Below are positions 27,974 through 33,497 of a DNA stretch of 33,497 nt, piece after piece. Each line of letters begins with the position of its first letter. The stretch's first letter is position 1. The notes under the pieces are model-generated. The model did no database searches and was not told the DNA's origin. It was given only the letters and a program-made list of their open reading frames with translations. Both the position numbers and the translations under genes were made by a program. Location: sequence record SRR31156797_18266. The stretch is one strand, 5' to 3'.

Positions 27974-30034
27974 TTAAACCACCTCAAAACGGGAAACCTG
28001 TTCCTGCAGCCCGAGAGCCGCTTCGTTGAGATCTTCCGCCGCCAATTTGAATTCCCTAAGGGATTCCAATGTATTCTGGGTTGCTGAATTCAAATTTTCC
28101 ATGGTCTCGCTGATCTGGCCCGCACTTCTGGACTGATCCACCATCCCCTTGCTCACCGCCTCGAAATCGGGCGGAAGGGTCCGCACTTTTTCCATAATAC
28201 CGCCCAATTGGCCGCCGATATCCTTCATTTTACGGGCCGTGGATTGAACAACCCCGCTAAACGCTTCCATTTCAGAAGCCCCTGTGGATACGGATTTTTC
28301 CATCTCCATAACCATGTCTTCGATATCCAGGGCCGCCACCGCGGTCTGGTCCGCCAATCGTCTGATTTCATTGGCCACCACTGAAAAACCTAAGCCATAT
28401 TCCCCCGCTTTCTCCGCTTCAATGGCGGCATTCAAACTCAGCAGGTTGGTCTGATCCGCCACCCTTGTGATGGTGACCACAATGGAGCTGATGACATGGG
28501 CATTTTTTTTCATGGCCGCAAGCTTACCTGAAACCGATGCCGTCCCTTTCAGGACCTCCTGCATGGAAGCTTCCATGCCCATGAGACCCGCCTGGCCGGC
28601 CTCGGCCAGCTCAGCCGTTTCGGTTGTGGCCCATGATACGTCATCCACGGTACCGGCAAGTTGTTCCGCCGTTTTGGAAATCAGTTTTGACGAAGCACTC
28701 ACCTGGCTTGTGGATGCCGCCTGCTGGTTCATGGTCGCTTCCAATCCCCTGGAAGAGGCGGCGATCTCAGTGGAAGACGCCGTCACCTGGTTGCCGGACT
28801 GCTGGATCTGGCCAAGCAATGCATTGAGTTTTTCAGCCATGCTTTGAAACGCCCCGAAGAGCAGACCGGTTTCATCCCTGCTGGAAGAAAATCTTCCATG
28901 AAGCGTGTCCAGGGTTTTTTTGGCATCAATGAGCTTCCCTTGGGCAATTTCCCGTGCCACATGGGTCAAATTGCTGATGGGATTGCAGATACGTCTTACC
29001 GTGAAAAAAGCGATCACCAGGAATAGCAAAATCTGAAAGGCAATCACCGCGACGGATGTAAGCATGTTGGCATGGTTGAGTTCGTTGATCCTGGCAAACA
29101 GCTCCTTTTGGGGGGCCAGTATCCCCAGTACCATTCCGGTCTCCGTAAGGGTATAGAAGAGTGAAAAAGCTTCGCCCTTCAGGGTCAATGTCTTCACCAG
29201 TATGTCCCCGGGCCTTATGCCTCCGGCATTTGATATGGCATCACCCCACGCAAGGGTTTCCAGCTTCTGCAGAACCTTCATGGGATTTCCCGGAAATGAA
29301 ATCAACAGTCGGCTGGAGATATCCGCTGCAAAGGGAAGGGAGTTGGGCGTAACCGTCATTTTTGACACCATTGCCTTGAGGTTTTCCAGGGTGAAGTCAA
29401 CAGTGGAAATACCGACAATGCGGCCCTTGGAATCATACATCAACGCATCTACGGTAATCATGAGGGCCGTGGTGGCGGCCATATCAAAATAGGGATCCGT
29501 CCAGTAAATATTGAGCGGCCTTTTCAGGTTCCGATCCCATTCTTCCGGAATCGCCAACCGGTACCAATTCTGATTGTGGTAGTCGTACGCAGGCGTGTTG
29601 AGATCCCAGGTAAACAATACCTGATTATTTTTTCTAAAGGCGTAAGGACCGAAACGTTCCTTGTTGTGAAAAAGCGCATTGGGCTCATACCAGAGACCAC
29701 CGCCGATGGCCTCTGACAGTTTCTTAAAATTGTTCAGCAGGTAACCCTCAATCTGTGGGGTAATATCTTGACCCGTTTCATGAACAATGGCAAAAAAGGC
29801 CTCCCCCGCCGTGGCCAGGTCAACGGCATTCTTTTCCATCACCAACATGGCGGCTTCAATCCGCTCGGCGTTGAGTCCGACCATGGCCCGGATATGTTCT
29901 TCCGTTTCAACCCGTAGATTTTTCCCGATGACCCGTGCGTTCTGAATCAACAGAATGCATCCCAGAAGAGAGGAGAAGGTAATGATGGCCACCATGAAAA
30001 GGATGTTCTGTTTAAGGGTTATCCGCACATTCAA
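27974..30034 (-). CDS. Methyl-accepting chemotaxis protein with dCache-like sensor, MCP-3
   Basis: GGGLWYEP, FGPYA, YDY...WY, YWTDPYFD, VGISTVD, HAMP, MCP signalling domain. Start codon uncertain (TTG/GTG). Confidence 0.93.
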   Translation of the reverse strand: MNVRITLKQNILFMVAIITFSSLLGCILLIQNARVIGKNLRVETEEHIRAMVGLNAERIEAAMLVMEKNAVDLATAGEAFFAIVHETGQDITPQIEGYLLNNFKKLSEAIGGGLWYEPNALFHNKERFGPYAFRKNNQVLFTWDLNTPAYDYHNQNWYRLAIPEEWDRNLKRPLNIYWTDPYFDMAATTALMITVDALMYDSKGRIVGISTVDFTLENLKAMVSKMTVTPNSLPFAADISSRLLISFPGNPMKVLQKLETLAWGDAISNAGGIRPGDILVKTLTLKGEAFSLFYTLTETGMVLGILAPQKELFARINELNHANMLTSVAVIAFQILLFLVIAFFTVRRICNPISNLTHVAREIAQGKLIDAKKTLDTLHGRFSSSRDETGLLFGAFQSMAEKLNALLGQIQQSGNQVTASSTEIAASSRGLEATMNQQAASTSQVSASSKLISKTAEQLAGTVDDVSWATTETAELAEAGQAGLMGMEASMQEVLKGTASVSGKLAAMKKNAHVISSIVVTITRVADQTNLLSLNAAIEAEKAGEYGLGFSVVANEIRRLADQTAVAALDIEDMVMEMEKSVSTGASEMEAFSGVVQSTARKMKDIGGQLGGIMEKVRTLPPDFEAVSKGMVDQSRSAGQISETMENLNSATQNTLESLREFKLAAEDLNEAALGLQEQVSRFEVV

Positions 30035-30306
30035 CCTCTTTGGGAATCTGGATAAAAGCCATCATTGGACAAAGCATTTCCATGGGCGCAGACAACCTGT
30101 CGATTCTGTTTTCCTTTAAGCCATAGGGGCTTTATGAAGTCGCAATCCAAAACAAAACATGATAGGATACCGATCAGACCGTTAACCGTTGGAATAGTAT
30201 AATACAATTTTCCGGGATGCAAGACTTTCAGGCCCGGTTTGAAACCTGTAATGGGTAAAAAAGGCAATCCCGGTGGCATTGGAAACCCATTGAACGGACT
30301 CTCATC

Positions 30307-30669
30307 ATGGATAAATCTGAAAAAAAGGCGACAAATAATCGAACTGAACCGCGGACGCTTCTGGATCAATACACCAGCGTGGAATTTTCCTTGAATAAAC
30401 AAGACCCCATCTTTCAATTCCGGGTTCGGGATATATCCCCCTCCGGAATGGGGGTTCTTGTCAACGAAGGGTCAATGGCATTGAAATATCTGAAGGTCGG
30501 GCAGATTCTGAACATGAAATATAACCCGGCGAACCCTGACGGCTCGCCTGAACAGATGGAAACGGAAATCAGGCACATCACCCACCTGGACAAAGGCCGT
30601 TACAGGGGCCATTATCTGGTGGGACTGTTAATCATCACCGGGTCCACAGGTAAACTCAAAGAAGCTTAA
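30307..30669 (+). CDS. PilZ domain protein (putative c-di-GMP receptor)
   Basis: RxxxR (RTEPR) and DxSxxG (DISPSG) motifs; beta-barrel end IRHIT..YLVGL. Confidence 0.8.
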   Translation: MDKSEKKATNNRTEPRTLLDQYTSVEFSLNKQDPIFQFRVRDISPSGMGVLVNEGSMALKYLKVGQILNMKYNPANPDGSPEQMETEIRHITHLDKGRYRGHYLVGLLIITGSTGKLKEA

Positions 30670-30872
30670 AAACAATGGTTAGCATGTCTGCCTTTCATTC
30701 TTTTTGCTTCCTTCTGCAAATCGTTCCAGTTAATTTTATCCGTCCGATTCAAGTACAATAGCTGGATAATTTCTGATTTGCCTGTGGTTTCTATTAGCAT
30801 TTTAGTTTCTTTGTAGGCTTGCAGGTAGGCGGTCCTTATCTGAATTCCTGTTACAGGATCGCGGAGAAACAA
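30666..30872 (-). pseudogene. AT-rich ORF fragment, possibly the 3' remnant of a gene cassette
   Basis: Protein-like reading frame IRTAYLQAYKETKMLIE...KEAKRMKGRHANH with no convincing start; it passes through an R''-like TGCTAAC (30684-30678) that has no partner arm. Confidence 0.3.
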
Positions 30873-30922
30873 ACAGAATGGCTCTCATTCCATTCTCATT
30901 TCGAGGAGCACAAAAGAAGCCT

Positions 30923-31087
30923 TCATCGCAGGGCAGGCACGTCATGCTGGATGGAATTAAGTATCATGTCCCCGGAATTCACAGCACCGATGAACAACAT
31001 AGCTCGGTCACGTGGTATAAGCCAATACTTGTCGCCAAGTTTCTGTTCAATACCGGTATAGAGCTTTTTGAATTCGTCCTGTTCCAT
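30923..31087 (-). pseudogene. Truncated cassette ORF (54 aa, MEQDEFKKLYTGIEQKLGDKYWLIPRDRAMLFIGAV...)
   Basis: Below the ORF-track cutoff. ATG 31087 with an AAGG SD follows the attC1 crossover; the frame runs into the 30954-30980 motif and stops; no intact attC downstream. Confidence 0.55.
30954..30980. mobile_element. Short terminal/REP-like motif GAATTAAGTATCATGTCCCCGGAATTC
   Basis: Resembles, from memory, the TTAAGTAT..TGTCCCCGGAATT motif that flanks Y1/RAYT-like (IS200-related) transposase genes. No transposase in the window. Confidence 0.4.
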
Positions 31088-31119
31088 GTTGATACCTTTC
31101 TTTGGGTGTTCTGCTTAAC

Positions 31120-31249
31120 GTTTAACGGTTGAGCTGAGGGGCCGGGCGTTTAACCTGGAGCCTTCAGATAAAAATTTTCGTTTTCCTAAACCACACACTT
31201 CCAAAAAGGTGCGCAGTACGCCCGGTCCCACTCCAGCGATGGGTTAGGC
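31120..31249 (-). mobile_element. attC: Integron attC site 1 (130 bp)
   Basis: Minus strand R'' GCCTAAC (contains the methyltransferase TAA stop) to R' GTTAAAC. Plus (bottom) strand folds as GCT-GAG-GGG-CCGGGCGT with ACGCCCGG-t-CCC-a-CTC-c-AGC, leaving extrahelical bases. Confidence 0.88.
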
Positions 31250-32140
31250 AATTCCACTGATTATCAGAACGATCTCAATTGAGTAATCCCAAACAGATAC
31301 ACCTTTTTCAACAAACAAGAAACGTTTAGAGTATCGTTGATTTATTAATTCTTTTAAGTCTTTTATATGGTTTTTAGAAAGCTTATTTTTTAATAGTGGA
31401 AGCATCCTTTCAATATTCTCTATTTCCTCGTTTTTGTAGCTTTCTAATATAGCAGCCTTTTGATCAAGGCTGTTTCTATAATTATCCGGAACCACCGGGA
31501 GTGCCAATGCATCAACCTGAATATCAGAAAAACCCAATTTCTCAAATAACGCTGGCAAGTCATACAATTCAGGGTTATATTTCCCCACCATGCTTTCGGC
31601 ATGAAGTGATTTTTGCAATTCGACAATAGGAGCCCAAAGTTCATGTTCACGCTCCGAAACTTGGGGAATAATATCGGGATTGGAACGAATAGAGCTTTTA
31701 GGTTGTGCCATCATGACTGACACTCTGCCACCACTACGACAAACACGTTTTTGTTCAGTTAGAAACTCACGGTTTGGCACATGCTCTATTACAGTGTGAG
31801 AGATAACGGCATCGAGATAATTGTCTACCAGAGGTAATGAAAGAACATCGCTTTCTAAGAATTTAAGATTTTTAAGAGATGCTTTTTGTGCCTTACCCTT
31901 AGCATATTCAATAAATGCTGTGTCACGATCGATCCCTATTATACACGAAGAGTCACCAAGCCAAGTCGCTATTTTTCGTGTAAGCGAACCTGGCCCACAA
32001 CCTGCGTCTAATACGCTCATTCCGGGAATCAACCCTAAAGCATTGAGGACCATTTCTTTGCGATCGTCACGGAACCGCCACTTGCGGCTTTGATCAAGGC
32101 ACATTATTCCTTGTATTTTACTTGAATATGAACAATTCAC
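31244..32140 (-). CDS. Class I SAM-dependent methyltransferase, integron gene cassette
   Basis: VLDAGCGPG, IIGID, DAVISHTVIEHV, RVCRSGG. AT-rich. The cassette begins G/TTAGGC and ends GCCTAAC (exact complements). GTG start uncertain. Confidence 0.9.
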   Translation of the reverse strand: MNCSYSSKIQGIMCLDQSRKWRFRDDRKEMVLNALGLIPGMSVLDAGCGPGSLTRKIATWLGDSSCIIGIDRDTAFIEYAKGKAQKASLKNLKFLESDVLSLPLVDNYLDAVISHTVIEHVPNREFLTEQKRVCRSGGRVSVMMAQPKSSIRSNPDIIPQVSEREHELWAPIVELQKSLHAESMVGKYNPELYDLPALFEKLGFSDIQVDALALPVVPDNYRNSLDQKAAILESYKNEEIENIERMLPLLKNKLSKNHIKDLKELINQRYSKRFLFVEKGVSVWDYSIEIVLIISGIA

Positions 32141-32156
32141 TATTATAATTCTAGTT

Positions 32157-32281
32157 GCCTAACTGTAAGATCACCCGCGGGATTTAAAAAAGATAAAGTA
32201 AAAAATAGCTACGAACCATTTAGGAGCAGTGCGTAAAGAGAACCACGCGATAATCCCGTCGGGTGAATTTTGTGGTTATAA
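32157..32281 (-). mobile_element. attC: Integron attC site 2 (125 bp)
   Basis: Minus strand R'' TTATAAC, 8 bp after the kinase stop, to R' GTTAGGC. Plus strand TCACCCG-CGGGATT pairs with AATCCCG-t-CGGGTGA, plus a bulged A. Confidence 0.87.
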
Positions 32282-32289
32282 ATTCATTG

Positions 32290-33417
32290 TCAAAAAGGAA
32301 TATCATCGTCTAAATCAGAACTGCTTGTGAAACGGTCTATTGCATCTAGCCGATTGTACAGATTATTAATAATAATTTTTTGCTTTTCTTTTGGATTCTT
32401 TTTAAGGAGATCAATGAAGTTCTTTAACCATGAAACATAGATAGTTTTCTCCTTATAATATCGATACTCACCAGAAACAAAACACCGCGTTAGCTCTACA
32501 GAATTTTGTACAGCTTCTTCTAGTAAATTCTTTTTATATAAGGTTTCTAATTTATGAATTAATTGGTCAATATCTATGACATATTGTGCATTGGATTCGA
32601 TTTTTGAAAAAAGCGGAACGAAGCTATCTGCAAACCTTTGGTATGTTTGAATCTCAGGATCAGAAAAATCTATTGTTATATTTTCTTGATTCAATAACGC
32701 TCTATTTATATCATTAAACGATTTGATGCGATCCTTCTTTTCAAACTTTATCATTTGGTTCAGGATTTCTTTGTAGGCAAACACTTCAATCTCATTATCT
32801 AATATGGCCTTTTCAAATAACTTTCCCACAAAATAAATCTCCGTCGAATGATCATATTTATTCTCTGAAAAATCATCGGGGAGGTCGCACCACCAATTCA
32901 GGCTGATACTTTTATTAAAATCCTTACTGAAAGCCACTTTTTTGCCGAACCCAAAATCAATAATTTTCGCTTTTTCGTTTGAATCTACAAGAATGTTCTG
33001 TGGCCTAATATCTCTGTGAAGTATTTTAATCGATTCTAGATACCTAAAACCTTCTATTACCTGAACAAATATTTCATTAATCGACTCTGGCCGGGCATGA
33101 AGAAATTTATCAAGATTATTACCTTCAATAAATTCCATCAAAATATAGCCTGTAAATCTTTCAGGATATAAATAGTAGTTAAAAACTCTCACAATATTTG
33201 CGTGAGATACCAAATGTAATATTTTTATCTCCTGAATAAAATTTTTAAAGAAATCCTCTTTTAATTCCGGGTAGTACGGCTCATATTTCTTACAAACAAA
33301 AAGAGTATCTATGGTTTCGTCTTTCAAAAGAACAGTCTTTCCAAAACCACCTTGGCTGATTTCCTTGATAAATACATAATCTTTTTGGCGAATGAATTTA
33401 ATTACTTCATTTTCCAT
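32290..33417 (-). CDS. Ser/Thr (Hanks-type) protein kinase with a C-terminal domain ending in an SSB-like acidic tail, integron gene cassette
   Basis: QGGFGKTV, VCKK, alphaC FIQEI, HANIV, ILMEFIEG, HRDIRPQNIL, IIDFGFG; ends DLDDDIPF. Start moved to ATG 33417 (GGAG SD) because the upstream extension lies in attC3. Confidence 0.92.
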   Translation of the reverse strand: MENEVIKFIRQKDYVFIKEISQGGFGKTVLLKDETIDTLFVCKKYEPYYPELKEDFFKNFIQEIKILHLVSHANIVRVFNYYLYPERFTGYILMEFIEGNNLDKFLHARPESINEIFVQVIEGFRYLESIKILHRDIRPQNILVDSNEKAKIIDFGFGKKVAFSKDFNKSISLNWWCDLPDDFSENKYDHSTEIYFVGKLFEKAILDNEIEVFAYKEILNQMIKFEKKDRIKSFNDINRALLNQENITIDFSDPEIQTYQRFADSFVPLFSKIESNAQYVIDIDQLIHKLETLYKKNLLEEAVQNSVELTRCFVSGEYRYYKEKTIYVSWLKNFIDLLKKNPKEKQKIIINNLYNRLDAIDRFTSSSDLDDDIPF

Positions 33418-33432
33418 TAAATTTCTCCAAAC

Positions 33433-33497
33433 AACCAACGTGGCCTTCACCGGTGGCAATGTAGCGTAGCGGAATTGCCATCCGAGTGCAAGGCATG
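33433..33497 (-). mobile_element. attC: Integron attC site 3 (short type; R'' cut off by the window edge)
   Basis: R' GTTGGTT on the minus strand (33439-33433). Plus strand GCCTT-CAC-CGG-TGGCAAT pairs with ATTGCCA-t-CCG-a-GTG-c-AAGGC. Confidence 0.8.

Noticed and set aside
556-29492. Many long plus-strand ORFs (e.g. 4685-5479, 7163-8104, 11870-12847, 15451-16449, 25907-26662)
   Set aside because: They are antisense shadows of well-supported minus-strand genes and carry no recognisable motifs.
30200-30300. Possible c-di-GMP-I riboswitch upstream of pilZ (GGGATGCAAGAC, GGCAAT, short hairpins)
   Set aside because: The GGCAAA...GAAA...GACGCAAA elements are not present in the right order; an Rfam scan would settle it.
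30031-30417. 128-aa minus-strand ORF upstream of MCP-3
   Set aside because: It overlaps pilZ antisense, spans the divergent promoter region, and has no recognisable motif.
30670-30690. A fourth complete attC around TGCTAAC
   Set aside because: No complementary arm or R' follows before the pilZ stop; at most a remnant.
31244-33417. Kinase plus methyltransferase as a BREX/Pgl (PglW-PglX) or restriction-modification module
   Set aside because: The genes are separate cassettes split by attC2, the methyltransferase has no adenine-MTase motif, and both are far smaller than PglW/PglX.
33418-33459. N-terminal 14 aa (MPPVKATLVVWRNL) of the kinase ORF in the track
   Set aside because: It begins inside attC3; ATG 33417 has a GGAG SD and lies within the cassette.
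31120-33497. Palindromes as Rho-independent terminators or CRISPR repeats
   Set aside because: There are no identical direct repeats or regular spacers; the GTT/AAC cores and bulged bases fit attC better.

Overview
This is a bacterial window. Gene content and the moderately GC-rich backbone suggest an anaerobic deltaproteobacterium (Desulfobacterota-like), which is an inference. Nearly all genes lie on the minus strand. From left to right: (1) a Liv-type ABC transporter (partial SBP, livF, livG), a beta-keto acid cleavage enzyme and an XRE-cupin regulator with two copies of a candidate operator; (2) a Mo/Se-cofactor cluster (padR, DUF364-like, modABC, moeA-like, yqeB, xdhC); (3) an MBL-fold hydrolase, an orphan family-5 SBP and a lipoprotein; (4) a ~16 kb Wsp-type chemosensory cluster (3 MCPs, an SBP, WspB/C/D/E/F homologues). 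It has no WspR diguanylate cyclase. Instead, two WspR-like receivers are fused to a class III nucleotidyl cyclase with guanylyl-cyclase-like specificity residues and to a PP2C phosphatase, and a divergent PilZ gene flanks the cluster; (5) from ~30.7 kb, an AT-rich integron cassette array with three attC sites (the last cut by the window edge; no intI in the window). The array carries a SAM methyltransferase cassette, a truncated cassette, and a Ser/Thr kinase cassette ending in DLDDDIPF, a near-perfect mimic of the SSB C-terminal tail. The best novelty candidates are the SSB-tail kinase cassette (possible antiphage decoy-sensor) and the Wsp system rewired to cyclase and PP2C outputs.
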